A program made the position numbers and the translations under genes. A DNA stretch of 20,000 nucleotides from IMG/VR virus record IMGVR_UViG_3300008107_000416; one strand, given 5' to 3'. The notes below the pieces were generated by a model. That model did no database searches, was not told the DNA's origin, and saw only the letters and a program-made list of their open reading frames with translations. Positions 9,201 to 17,797 of this stretch are shown here, in pieces (positions within the stretch are counted from its first letter, which is position 1; each line of letters opens with the position of its first letter). The stretch comes from an uncultured virus (IMG/VR IMGVR_UViG_3300008107_000416). Its lineage: Duplodnaviria > Heunggongvirae > Uroviricota > Caudoviricetes.

Positions 9201-12191
9201 AATCCCAATACCAGCACCATCTAGAAGCAGATTTGTTCCTACGGTGGTGGCAATACCGACTCTATAATCGGCAAGTTCAATCGTTGTGGAGTTGACAACA
9301 AACTGTGTACCATCTACATAGAAGTCACCTTTGATTCTGACTGCTCCAGTATTGTCTCCAACACCAGCAGGATCAATGACAATACTAGAAGGTCCAGTAA
9401 TTGTATTGTTGTTGATATTGATTCCAATTCCAGAATCACCAGTTGAGAAGTTCTGAGCATAGACAGTTCCTGTGACTGTGACACCAGTTCCAAGAGTCTC
9501 AAACTTCTTGGCATTGTCATAGTACAGACTTACAGATCCATCACCAACAAAACTTGCGAAGGTCTCAGTTCCAGCGGCATTCTCAAAGAAGTGCTGACCA
9601 GATCTGTAGTACAGAATGCCAGTGTCATTATCAAGATATGCTGCTCCACCGTCGTGGAAGATACGCATATCATCATCAGTACCAAGATAAATCGCATCAC
9701 CATCACCTAGGTGAATGTGATCTTGGAATGTTGATACACCAGATACAACCAGGCGAGTTGCGTTGAGGTTGGTGATGTTCGCTGTTGTATTCTGGATCGT
9801 TGTGATCGTGGCGACACCAGAAATTGAAACATCGTCAAGGTCAGTTTGACCATCTACACTGAAAGCATTACCAACATAAAGATCAGTCGTGAATGTTCCG
9901 ATTCCAGCAAATGTAGAAACACCAGATACATTCAGATTATCTAACTCAGTGTGACCAGTAACATCTAGTCCACCATTGGAATCAATGAGTCCAGCAAAGG
10001 TAGAGACTCCTGATACATTGATATTATCTATTTCGGTGTGACCAGTTACATTAAAGATATTTCCATCAAAGGTCAGATTAGCATTGTCCTTGAGGCTACT
10101 ACCAGCACCGACAAGAACAATTCTATTGTTTGTTAAGTTTTCAACCGTAACAGAGTTTGCTGTGAGTCCACCATTCGCATCAATTACACCATCAAAGGTA
10201 GAGATACCAGCAACATAAAGTTGACTCAGAGTTGTAATGCCAAGAGTTGTGATTCCAGATGCCTGAATAGATGTAATATTCAGTAGTCTTCTGTCGTTTG
10301 ATAGAACCTCATTCGTATCAACATAAAGTGATCCGACAGTAACGATTCCAGATACTGTAAGATTGGAAGCAGAAAGAATTCCAATCGTAGAAATTCCAGT
10401 AACACTGATCCCAGTACCAACAAACTCACCATAGAATCTGGTTGCCGTTACAACTCCAGTTACAAGTTCATCACCTTGAACATGTAGTCTAGAAGTGGCA
10501 TTTGAAAGTCCAATGCCAGTGTTTCCAGAAACATAGGCACCACCAGTAACTTGTAAATTTTGTTGAGAAACTCCCGAAGAAGTTTCCATATTGACCAACA
10601 AAACACCTTGATTATTAATCTTGACTCTGTTTGATCCAGATACGGATGGTTTTTGTTCGTAGTTAGAGGTTCCAGTCTGGAAGATAATTTCACTATTTCC
10701 AGAACCCTGCTCTGCTCTAATATAAAGTGTTCCATTGTTATTCTCAAAAGCAGAGCTAGATTGTCCAGGATCTACAAGAGAAATCCAAGATCCATTGGAA
10801 TCATAGATTGCCAGGTTGGAGAATGGATCAGTGAATCCAATACCAAGATAGGATGAAATATATCCACCACCAGTGACTTGTAATTTTTGATTCAGAGTTC
10901 CTGTTGAGGTTCCACTACCAATGAAAACTGGACCATTCGCAAAGGTAGAAACTCCAGAGACTCTGATTTGTTCAGCATCAAGATAATCAAAGTCTGCTCT
11001 TCTAGCATTGATTTGAGTGTCGGTCAGTTGAATTTCACCAACCGCCAAACGAACACCATTAGGTACAAGTGTTGAACCTACACCTACAGCATAGTTAAAC
11101 ATCCAAGCATCAGTTGTACCAAATCCATAAGAGTTGGCGGCAACCCACATCAACTGCTTATAAGTTGGTGGTATAGTACTAAAACCAGTGAGAGAAAGAT
11201 CTACTAGTGGAGAACCTTCAGTTGACGCAATCGCAATACCACCGTGATTCGCAGTAATATCAGTTGAAATATCATTACCAAAAGCATCGGTAGTAACACC
11301 AAGAGTAATTTCTTTGTCAAGAACTTTTAAGTCTTGTGCGACAATAACGGTTGATGTTCCACCGATACTTAAGTTTCCTTCAATACGAACATTGCTATGG
11401 AAAGTTGCTGTAGTATCATAGACATCAAAATCAGTCAGAACATCTAAACTTGTAAGTGTAGATACTCCAGTAGCATTAATGTTACGAACAGTAAGTTCAT
11501 CAGCAGTGATATCATCTTTTACATAAAGATCACCACCAACATAAAGATCACTTCCAAAAGTTCCGATACCAACAAAAGTGGATACTCCAGAAACATATAA
11601 AGTTGTTGCTGAAGAAATACCTAGAGTACTTACACCAGTTACATCAATATTACGAGCATTAATCTCATCAACGGTCAGATCATCTTTTACATAAAGATCA
11701 CCGCCAACATAAAGATCATTATTAAAAGTTCCGACTCCAACAAAAGTGGATAATCCAGTTACATTAATATTACGAGAATTGATCTCATCAACAGTTAGAT
11801 CATCTTTTACATATAAATCGGCATCAATATATACATCGTTTCCAAATGTACTTACACCAACGAATGTAGAGACACCAGTGGCAAGTAAATGTCTGGTTGT
11901 AATGTCCTGACCAATCGTTGCTCCACCAGAGACATTAACACCATTAACATAAAGTTGATTGTTTACATATAGATCGTTTCCAAATGTCCCGACACCAACA
12001 AATGTAGATGCCCCACCTACATTAATATCTCCTGTAATGTTAGTTGATCCAACAACAAACAAGGAATGATTCTGAGCGTTTGTCGTCCCAATCCCAACTT
12101 TACCAACAACATCTAATGTTGTTTTATTTTCGGTAAAACTATTGATACCGACGCTTAAATTTCTTTGTCTGCCGCTGAGGAACTTTGCCAT
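6291..12191 (-). CDS. very long modular tail fibre / virion structural protein (1966 aa)
   Basis: Gly/Thr/Ser/Val/Asn-rich; repeated 'VSGVSTF', 'GIHTxSxVGIGTTNP' (x3), 'GGLDVTGHTELDN' (x2), 'LWWDS..G.LK.YY.DGDS.QW.DA' (x2), as seen in cyanomyovirus fibres. Confidence 0.85.
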   Translation of the reverse strand: MAKFLSGRQRNLSVGINSFTENKTTLDVVGKVGIGTTNAQNHSLFVVGSTNITGDINVGGASTFVGVGTFGNDLYVNNQLYVNGVNVSGGATIGQDITTRHLLATGVSTFVGVSTFGNDVYIDADLYVKDDLTVDEINSRNINVTGLSTFVGVGTFNNDLYVGGDLYVKDDLTVDEINARNIDVTGVSTLGISSATTLYVSGVSTFVGIGTFGSDLYVGGDLYVKDDITADELTVRNINATGVSTLTSLDVLTDFDVYDTTATFHSNVRIEGNLSIGGTSTVIVAQDLKVLDKEITLGVTTDAFGNDISTDITANHGGIAIASTEGSPLVDLSLTGFSTIPPTYKQLMWVAANSYGFGTTDAWMFNYAVGVGSTLVPNGVRLAVGEIQLTDTQINARRADFDYLDAEQIRVSGVSTFANGPVFIGSGTSTGTLNQKLQVTGGGYISSYLGIGFTDPFSNLAIYDSNGSWISLVDPGQSSSAFENNNGTLYIRAEQGSGNSEIIFQTGTSNYEQKPSVSGSNRVKINNQGVLLVNMETSSGVSQQNLQVTGGAYVSGNTGIGLSNATSRLHVQGDELVTGVVTATRFYGEFVGTGISVTGISTIGILSASNLTVSGIVTVGSLYVDTNEVLSNDRRLLNITSIQASGITTLGITTLSQLYVAGISTFDGVIDANGGLTANSVTVENLTNNRIVLVGAGSSLKDNANLTFDGNIFNVTGHTEIDNINVSGVSTFAGLIDSNGGLDVTGHTELDNLNVSGVSTFAGIGTFTTDLYVGNAFSVDGQTDLDDVSISGVATITTIQNTTANITNLNATRLVVSGVSTFQDHIHLGDGDAIYLGTDDDMRIFHDGGAAYLDNDTGILYYRSGQHFFENAAGTETFASFVGDGSVSLYYDNAKKFETLGTGVTVTGTVYAQNFSTGDSGIGININNNTITGPSSIVIDPAGVGDNTGAVRIKGDFYVDGTQFVVNSTTIELADYRVGIATTVGTNLLLDGAGIGIGSANIVKTFTYNNAANTLESSIGLGVTTGGDFKAGTDSVLNRTTLGPTVVNSSLTSVGTLTNLNVAGVVTATTFNGQVNAGVGTITTLNGTNVTYTTGNFGTANVVTGVVTTISGSNLTYTTGNLTTGNILTGVVTTISGTDLFYTNGNFTNLTATDGFVNTGIITNLTSTAATLTNINSSGITTLGIVTATQLYVSGITTTIRLNVGIGGTVINTTDSGRVGINSANPSRLLDVNGDINFNGLLFQNGQEFIASNWVKTSAGIHTFSNVGIGTTNPAYDLDILGDVRLRGGIYDNTNNSAGLTNQVVVADGSGGWSWQPVTAAGAGTLDGIEVRDNGSVVGTSGSITTLDFVSTPTSNIVVTGYAGGNIATITLSDTPTFGTVNASNASLGFATASSLLVSGVSTFTGLIDSNGGLDVTGHTELDNVNISGFLTATSAIFSGNVSIGGTLTYEDVTNIDSIGIITARSDVIVGGGLSVTGITTLASAGGITTTGGDLYVGDDLFFKGDLYQNGQLFTAGIGIGSTATNPQSGLITPAARIGVGFTDINFVGTGLSVTGYGSTIIVDLGNLGGTTVSISTTPPGISTTAGNLWWDSNNGDLKIYYNDGDSAQWIDANGGSQALAIISESSPSGYGVTSSGTLWWDSTSGVLKVYYDDGDSTQWVDANSGAYINYWVGNSAGIHTLSNVGIGTTNPQAKVHIVGSGSTALLVNGDVRVVGILTVGSSSTLSNVGIGTTNPTAVVTSANTAVLAAGIVTAYKIYGDGSGLTGISQSQWVTTNAGIHTLSSVGIGTTNPNETVTSNNTSTLAVGVVNSYISNTNIIGIADTSYNTNNIIVDTKTITTASTNQVGIDTFSTDLYRSAKYYAQLTNGSDYHVVEITVLHDGTSPYLLESNVITLNAACGIFTGSISGSNFILSLTPSSSEQTTIILNRSLVRSTGSAFSPTGDLESQSGTLDLEVGTGQFDLNT

Positions 12192-12200
12192 TGTTGATTA

Positions 12201-12542
12201 TTAGTTGAGCGTTTCTAGAATGCTTCCGATAAACTTAATGTTGCTACCATTACTTGCGGATAAGACAAGTGCATCACCAGATTCAAGAACAAGTTTTCCA
12301 CCTAAAAGAGTAGTAGTATCATTTCCTTCAATTGGAAAATCCTTAAGTATTTCAGTAGTCACAGCAATACCAGCCACACTTCTTTTGTGTGAAAAAGAAA
12401 TCGTGTGTGTTACAGAATCAACATTCGCTGCCTGAGCCAACAGAACAACACCACTGTATCCAACTGGTGCTGTGTAGATTCCAACAGGACTTGTTGGTGC
12501 CACAAAAGTAATTGTCTGATATACATTTAATGGTAATGCCAT
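12201..12542 (-). CDS. small beta-rich putative virion protein
   Basis: 'IYTAPVGYSGVVLLAQAAN...GKLVLESGD.L...SILET' pattern; lies between two structural genes. Confidence 0.7.
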   Translation of the reverse strand: MALPLNVYQTITFVAPTSPVGIYTAPVGYSGVVLLAQAANVDSVTHTISFSHKRSVAGIAVTTEILKDFPIEGNDTTTLLGGKLVLESGDALVLSASNGSNIKFIGSILETLN

Positions 12543-12545
12543 CTT

Positions 12546-14417
12546 TTATTCTCCTCCTAGTGCTAAAATGTATGGTGTGAGAGTGGCAAACAAACTCTTG
12601 GAATAGAAGGTTCCAGAAATAGTTCCTGTGACCTGATTAATTTGAACACCATCACCGATTCGGAAGTTTCCTGCCTGGTCAGTGCTTGTGAATACAACCA
12701 ATCCACCATTTCTAGCATCAGTTTCATTATCTTGAATTGGAACTCCACCAGCAGAAGGAAGACAAGCAGTAATATCTGTTCCAGATCCAATATATTCAAA
12801 AGAATGACCAGAGGCTAATACTCTACTTTGTTTAAAGAAAGGAACTGTTGAACCGACACCAACAGCATATGGAACATTTTCATTTAATGTAATAGTACAA
12901 ATTCCTGTTGCTGTTGGTAATGTTGAACTTTGAATCGTATAATAAGTCGGTAGAATTTCTACAGTGGCTGTTGCTGTATTTATTCCTACATCAGGAGAGG
13001 AGAATGTGATGTTCGGAACAGAAGTATAACCTCTACCATTTGAAATAATTTCTACACCGACAACACTTCCATTACGAATTTCTGGTGTCGCTAAAGCAGT
13101 TACACCCCATTCTGCAGATGGATCATCAATCGTAATTGTTGGTGTTGAGGTATATCCAGTTCCACCAGAACCAACTACAATTTTGTTTACCGTATAATAG
13201 AGATCATCAAAGAAAACAACTTGACCATCAAAAGGACGAACAACATTAATCTTTACGGTTCCACCAGTTTCATAACTGTGTGGAAGTGTTGATGGTCCAA
13301 CATAAGCAGAGAAACTATTTGCCGCTCCTACAGATTCAACATTAAACACATATCCAAAATTGCCACTTGGATATGTTACAATTCCAGGACCTGATGGACA
13401 ACTGAATTCAAGTCCATTAATTGTCACACCCATACCAACACTTAAGTTGTGATTGGTGCTCGTCGTAACAGTAAGAATACCAGACACATTATCATATGAT
13501 GCTGTCTGAATTCCAAGAGTTGGTGTGCTTATATCTACGGTGAAAATAAAATCATTAACCTGTGATGCTTGAGTTAAGATCCCAGTGTATTGTCTTGGAC
13601 CAACTCCATCGGCAACTAATCCATAATTACCAAATGAAGAGTTGGAGTTTGTAAGATCACACGCACCGCCAGTTCCACAAAATACTGCTATGTCACTATT
13701 AATGGTGAACAGAGAAACTAACTGGGCATAACCTTGATTGGTAATAGAGACTCCAATACCATTTGGATTGTATTGTGTAAAGGAGTCTGTGACCATACTC
13801 TTGAATGGTCCGATTACATCATTACCATCAATCTTCATTCCAATACTATTTTGAATGAAGTTTGTACAGTTACGAATATATGGAGACTGTGAAGAATATC
13901 TTACAATGTTTGGATTAAAGGCAACGATTGCCTTTCCTGGATCCATTGTTCCAGAAAAAGATAATTCGGTAATGTAGTTTCCAGGAGCAACATGAAAGAG
14001 ATCACTACCAGCATTCTGGGGTTGAACAGTAACCTCTCTTAAACTATCCCCAACAATACTCACCTGTGGTGGTAAAGCAATTGGATTATTTTCAATATAT
14101 GTTCCGGCACTGACTCTTATAACATCACCAGTTGCCGCAATAGAGACGGCACCAGCAATTGTTGCTTTTGCATCTCCAAGTTTTTTACCCGTATTATTAT
14201 TGTTTCCGTCTTTGGTTACATACAAAACATTGCTGACTGTGGCACCAGCACCGAGACGAACGACTTCTGTGGCAATACCAGTTACGGAGAATCTATCTCT
14301 TAAAGTATAGAGTTCAGCATCGTAAGTATTAAGAGCTATTTCTCCAGTTTGAAGATCTGTTACTGCAGGTCTTTTACCAGGTACAGCAGATCGTTTAATC
14401 CTATATGGTGTTGCCAT
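12546..14417 (-). CDS. tail fibre/spike-like protein with probable beta-helix region
   Basis: Fibre-type N-terminus 'IKRSAVPGKRP...LQTGEIALNTYD'; 'VLYVTKDGNNNNTG...AKATI...GDVIRVSAGTYIE' is a typical entry into a pectin-lyase-like helix; 'GSGGTGYTSTPTITI' / 'GRGYTSVPNITF' repeats. Confidence 0.75.
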   Translation of the reverse strand: MATPYRIKRSAVPGKRPAVTDLQTGEIALNTYDAELYTLRDRFSVTGIATEVVRLGAGATVSNVLYVTKDGNNNNTGKKLGDAKATIAGAVSIAATGDVIRVSAGTYIENNPIALPPQVSIVGDSLREVTVQPQNAGSDLFHVAPGNYITELSFSGTMDPGKAIVAFNPNIVRYSSQSPYIRNCTNFIQNSIGMKIDGNDVIGPFKSMVTDSFTQYNPNGIGVSITNQGYAQLVSLFTINSDIAVFCGTGGACDLTNSNSSFGNYGLVADGVGPRQYTGILTQASQVNDFIFTVDISTPTLGIQTASYDNVSGILTVTTSTNHNLSVGMGVTINGLEFSCPSGPGIVTYPSGNFGYVFNVESVGAANSFSAYVGPSTLPHSYETGGTVKINVVRPFDGQVVFFDDLYYTVNKIVVGSGGTGYTSTPTITIDDPSAEWGVTALATPEIRNGSVVGVEIISNGRGYTSVPNITFSSPDVGINTATATVEILPTYYTIQSSTLPTATGICTITLNENVPYAVGVGSTVPFFKQSRVLASGHSFEYIGSGTDITACLPSAGGVPIQDNETDARNGGLVVFTSTDQAGNFRIGDGVQINQVTGTISGTFYSKSLFATLTPYILALGGE

Positions 14418-14429
14418 TTATTCGCATTC

Positions 14430-14475
14430 GGTATGTACCAGAAGAAGCAGTATGTACTGCTTTCATTTATTTATT
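14430..14475 (-). promoter_or_regulatory. late-like promoter (AATAAATA) followed by two palindromic leader boxes
   Basis: Minus strand: AATAAATA..AAGCAGTACATACTGCTT..GGTACATACC..ATG(14417). Confidence 0.55.
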
Positions 14476-14846
14476 CAAGTAGCATTATTCCTTCTGGGAC
14501 GATATTTAAATAGGTTCACTGGTGGATCTGGTTTCATCCACTCCTCTATTTTATTAAATTTTTCTTCACTATAAAAGTCTTGCTGAACATACCACAACTT
14601 CCAGTGCTCATGTCCCTTTGACTGGTTACAATCGTGACAACAGCAAACTACATTCTTTGTAAAGTCCATTCCACCTTTGGACTGTGGAACAATGTGGTCT
14701 ATTGTAAGATTCTCTTCTGATCCACAATAGGCACATTGATGTTCCCATTGTTCCTTTATATGTTGCCTCCACATTCGTTTCGCCTCCCCAGAACTTGTTG
14801 CGTGTAAATGAAACAAGTATTCTTTTGGAGAGTGTAGAGGTCCCAT
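14475..14846 (-). CDS. HNH endonuclease, free-standing
   Basis: 'CAYCG...LTIDHIVPQSKGG....NVVCCCHDCNQSKG'. Confidence 0.92.
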   Translation of the reverse strand: MGPLHSPKEYLFHLHATSSGEAKRMWRQHIKEQWEHQCAYCGSEENLTIDHIVPQSKGGMDFTKNVVCCCHDCNQSKGHEHWKLWYVQQDFYSEEKFNKIEEWMKPDPPVNLFKYRPRRNNAT

Positions 14847-14874
14847 AAGTTACTGCGACTTATGATTATTTATT
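14844..14874 (-). promoter_or_regulatory. late-like promoter plus start-codon-occluding hairpin
   Basis: Minus strand: AATAAATA-AT-CATAAGT-cgcagta-ACTTATG, where the final ATG is the HNH start. Confidence 0.65.
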
Positions 14875-15050
14875 CTCTTACATGCTCCTCGTGCCCATGC
14901 TCTTGCGAGACTATTGACATAAGAGCACGCTTTCTTTTTCTCCCCACAATAAGGACACTGTGCGTCTGGGGGATCTGTAATGTATCCTTCAGGCGTATAC
15001 ATCCTTTTCTTTTTTAGGTTTTGTGTTTGTTTATGTTTACGATGGTTCAT
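14850..15050 (-). CDS. hypothetical Cys-containing protein
   Basis: CPYC...C...C; ATGA overlap with the upstream gene; true start may be the internal MYTPEG. Confidence 0.6.
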   Translation of the reverse strand: MNHRKHKQTQNLKKKRMYTPEGYITDPPDAQCPYCGEKKKACSYVNSLARAWARGACKRINNHKSQ

Positions 15051-15346
15051 ACAATCACGGGATTACCTTCACCCTCTGGAAGTTTAATTTGTGGTAAGTC
15101 TTTAACTTCCCAAGAACCACCAACACCACCATCCATATTCACCACGATCTCATTGGTCGGTAGTGCCTTTGGAATCTCAACATCAATGACTGGACTCATC
15201 AGTGTTTTGTTTTTTACAATCTCACGATTTGGTCCGTCCATTCTCATCATCATTTTTGCGTCTTCAAAATCTGCACAGTCACAAATTTTTCTTCCAGTTC
15301 TTCTTTCTCTGACTGTAAAATAATCTTCACTATTGTACTTGTTCAT
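15047..15346 (-). CDS. hypothetical phage protein
   Basis: Co-oriented 99-aa ORF overlapping both neighbours. Confidence 0.7.
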   Translation of the reverse strand: MNKYNSEDYFTVRERRTGRKICDCADFEDAKMMMRMDGPNREIVKNKTLMSPVIDVEIPKALPTNEIVVNMDGGVGGSWEVKDLPQIKLPEGEGNPVIV

Positions 15347-15656
15347 GATGTGCCTTAAGTTCTGGATTAGGTTGTGAAGGGACTATGGGACTTCTGGTTT
15401 TATTTTTAATCACAATGAAGGCATCATTCTGATAGGAGACTGTGCCGAATGGTTTTGCCCATTTTGGATTCGCACTTTCGGTTTGTTGAATACCACTGAA
15501 AGCAACTCCACCGATTTCAACGACAATATTATCATCAGCAGTCCATTCTAATTTTTGAAGGGCAATAGAAAGTTGCCCCAACCAATCATTGCTTCCCATC
15601 ACATTCTCTTCTGGTTCCAGGTTTCCAATCATTAGGTTTGTTGAGTCTCTCATCAT
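15330..15656 (-). CDS. hypothetical phage protein (start uncertain, possibly 15632)
   Basis: Co-oriented ORF; several candidate ATGs. Confidence 0.7.
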   Translation of the reverse strand: MMRDSTNLMIGNLEPEENVMGSNDWLGQLSIALQKLEWTADDNIVVEIGGVAFSGIQQTESANPKWAKPFGTVSYQNDAFIVIKNKTRSPIVPSQPNPELKAHHEQVQ

Positions 15657-15744
15657 TATACTTCTTTTTTGGTGGTCTGTAAAGATTCGGCCAAGTATCT
15701 CGTATGATTTCTGCTAGTTTGTATGGTGTTTCCGTTGTTATCAT
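15586..15744 (-). CDS. small overlapping ORF (52 aa)
   Basis: Below the track cutoff. MITTETPYKLAEIIRDTWPNLYRPPKKK...; the N-terminal half resembles a short cyanophage ORF I recall but cannot verify here. Confidence 0.5.
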   Translation of the reverse strand: MITTETPYKLAEIIRDTWPNLYRPPKKKYNDERLNKPNDWKPGTRRECDGKQ

Positions 15745-15910
15745 TCCAGTGTCTTATGACCCCCGCGATAATGAATAGATTAGTAATGAAATAAGTGAGA
15801 AGTATAATAGTCCGTATACCAGCAATGTGGTCTGATTCTTTGTCATTCCTACCTGCCTTTTCTCCAAGTGCTTTTGCCCAGATTCTCCAAAGTGTTTTTC
15901 GTTTCTTCAT
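15656..15910 (-). CDS. hypothetical membrane protein
   Basis: 'WRIWAKALGEKA...IRTIILLTYFITNLFIIAGVIRHW', one hydrophobic helix. Confidence 0.7.
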   Translation of the reverse strand: MKKRKTLWRIWAKALGEKAGRNDKESDHIAGIRTIILLTYFITNLFIIAGVIRHWNDNNGNTIQTSRNHTRYLAESLQTTKKEV

Positions 15911-15916
15911 AGAGTT

Positions 15917-15944
15917 AAAAAAAAGACCCCTTGTGAGGGGTCTT
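15917..15944 (-). terminator. intrinsic terminator after psbD
   Basis: AAGACCCCT-CACA-AGGGGTCTT followed by a T run. Confidence 0.9.
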
Positions 15945-15961
15945 AATATTATACAACATAT

Positions 15962-17023
15962 TTAGAGAGCATTACCCCTCGGAAGAACTTCCTCAGGAAA
16001 TACAAAATTTTCGTGGGGCTGGTCTACTGGTGCCATCCAAGCCCTTAACCCCTCATTCAAAAGTATGTTCTTTGTATAGAACGTCTCGAATTCCGGATCT
16101 TCTGCTGCTCTCACTTCCTGCGATACGAAATCATACGCTCGTAGGTTAAGAGCAAGACCAATAATACCAATACTACTAGTCCAGAGACCCATGACGGGAA
16201 CAAAGAGCATAAAGAAGTGAAGCCAACGCTTATTACTAAAAGCAATTCCAAAAATTTGCGACCAGAAACGGTTAGCAGTAACCATTGAATAGGTTTCTTC
16301 CTCTTGAGTCGGTTCAAATGCTTTGAATGTATTCGCTTTGTCCCCATCCTCATAAAGTGTATTCTCAACTGTTGCTCCGTGAATCGCACAGAGAAGTGCT
16401 CCTCCCAGTATACCAGCAACTCCCATCATATGGAAGGGGTTGAGTGTCCAGTTGTGGAAACCCTGTAGGAATAGAAGGAACCTGAAGATAGCAGCAACAC
16501 CAAAAGATGGTGCGAAGAACCAACTGGATTGCCCCAGAGGATACATCAGGAACACAGAAACGAATACTGCGATAGGACCAGAGAATGCGATAGCATTGTA
16601 CGGACGAATCCCTACAAGACGGGCAATCTCAAACTGCCTCAACATAAATCCTATGAGAGCAAAGGCACCGTGGAGCGCCACAAAAGTCCAGAGTCCCCCA
16701 AGTTGGAACCACCTGACGATATCCCCTTGAGCCTCAGGACCCCAAAGTAGAAGAAGAGAATGACCCATAGCATCTGCAGGCGTTGACACAGCAGCCGTAA
16801 GGAAATTAGCGCCTTCAAGGTAACTAGACGCCAACCCGTGGGTATACCAGCTTGTAACAAACGTTGTGCCAGTAAGCCAGCCACCAAGGGCAAGATAAGC
16901 AGTGGGAAAAAGTAATAGTCCAGACCAACCCACAAATATGAAGCGATCTCGTTTAAGCCAGTCATCCAGGACATCGAACCACCCCCTTTGTGAAATTGGT
17001 TGTGAAAGAGTTGAAGAAGTCAT
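15962..17023 (-). CDS. psbD: photosystem II D2 protein
   Basis: Unambiguous D2 sequence ([14 protein letters not shown]...[10 protein letters not shown]), uninterrupted. Start set at 17023 because GGAGG lies just upstream (17026-17030). Confidence 0.99.
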   Translation of the reverse strand: MTSSTLSQPISQRGWFDVLDDWLKRDRFIFVGWSGLLLFPTAYLALGGWLTGTTFVTSWYTHGLASSYLEGANFLTAAVSTPADAMGHSLLLLWGPEAQGDIVRWFQLGGLWTFVALHGAFALIGFMLRQFEIARLVGIRPYNAIAFSGPIAVFVSVFLMYPLGQSSWFFAPSFGVAAIFRFLLFLQGFHNWTLNPFHMMGVAGILGGALLCAIHGATVENTLYEDGDKANTFKAFEPTQEEETYSMVTANRFWSQIFGIAFSNKRWLHFFMLFVPVMGLWTSSIGIIGLALNLRAYDFVSQEVRAAEDPEFETFYTKNILLNEGLRAWMAPVDQPHENFVFPEEVLPRGNAL

Positions 17024-17049
17024 AACCTCCATTATCGTTTCTCATATTT

Positions 17050-17078
17050 ATCTTAACATTCCTTAACATAGAAGTCAA
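17050..17078 (-). promoter_or_regulatory. sigma70-type psbD promoter overlapped by an HLR1-like direct repeat
   Basis: TTGACT(17078-73)-17 nt-TAAGAT(17055-50); plus strand TTAACATT-CC-TTAACATA at 17053-17070. Confidence 0.7.
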
Positions 17079-17091
17079 TGAGTGTTTATGC

Positions 17092-17715
17092 TCAAAGAAA
17101 AAGATTACGATGAATATGCCAAAGAACATTATAACGATTGGATTTACTGCGCTTACCTTCACGCTGAAAATGAAAGAGGGTTTTGTTGTTCAGTTTAAGA
17201 TGAATTCCTCCGCGAAGAAATTTCCACTCGGCATTTTGAATCTTATCAATAATTTCTTGATATGTAATTTTATATTCAACATCTTTTTTGATATCTTTAT
17301 AAATGACATGAGTAATATCATAACCATTACGAATAACCAAATCAATAACTCGTTCTTTGTTTTCATTAAGGAATCGTTGAAACTCATCAGTATATTCGGG
17401 ATGAATTTCTTTAATAGTACGACGATCACGACCTTGATAATTATATCCATCATGACCACAGAAATGCTTAATAAACTCGGCAGCATTACCACCAATGTTC
17501 AACACTTCCATAAAATGCTTTTGTGTAGTCAAATGAACCTGTGTTGAAGAACCACTGGCATTCTTGATACTGGCACGCTCATTCTCATTCTGACCATCAA
17601 TCTTGGTGCGTGAACCACCGATCTGTTGAAGACCATGAGCATCACATACTGCTTTCTCTTTAATAGTAGAGTACTCTTCGCGGGTCTTGTAACCTTGTTC
17701 AGCAGTGAGAGGCAT
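17092..17715 (-). CDS. putative PD-(D/E)xK-superfamily endonuclease, HinP1I/MspI-like
   Basis: 'KIDG...ASIKN...STQV' and C-terminal 'FQREGK...YNVLWHI' resemble the KxD...SxK...Q and 'QRKGG...N.LQF' motifs of that family. Start moved to MPLTAE, since the longer ORF runs through a terminator. Confidence 0.5.
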   Translation of the reverse strand: MPLTAEQGYKTREEYSTIKEKAVCDAHGLQQIGGSRTKIDGQNENERASIKNASGSSTQVHLTTQKHFMEVLNIGGNAAEFIKHFCGHDGYNYQGRDRRTIKEIHPEYTDEFQRFLNENKERVIDLVIRNGYDITHVIYKDIKKDVEYKITYQEIIDKIQNAEWKFLRGGIHLKLNNKTLFHFQREGKRSKSNRYNVLWHIHRNLFL

Positions 17716-17736
17716 GAGTCTTTTGAGTATGCGATT

Positions 17737-17792
17737 ATTATAGTCCATAAAAAGGGGGCATTGCTGCCCCCTGTGCCAGTTATTCAATTGTC
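17737..17792 (-). promoter_or_regulatory. promoter-like element for the nuclease gene
   Basis: GACAATT-GAAT-AACTGGCAC imperfect palindrome, then a hairpin, then TATAAT (17742-37) about 21 nt before ATG. No canonical -35. Confidence 0.5.
17749..17772 (-). terminator. intrinsic terminator after the methyltransferase
   Basis: AGGGGGCA-GCAA-TGCCCCCT-TTTT, GNRA loop. Confidence 0.75.
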
Positions 17793-17797
17793 TGGAA

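Noticed and set aside
15962..16150. Unusual codons in the psbD 3' end (CGA, GCG, AGG) as another conversion tract
   Set aside because: psbD codon use is mixed throughout; cannot be supported without alignment.
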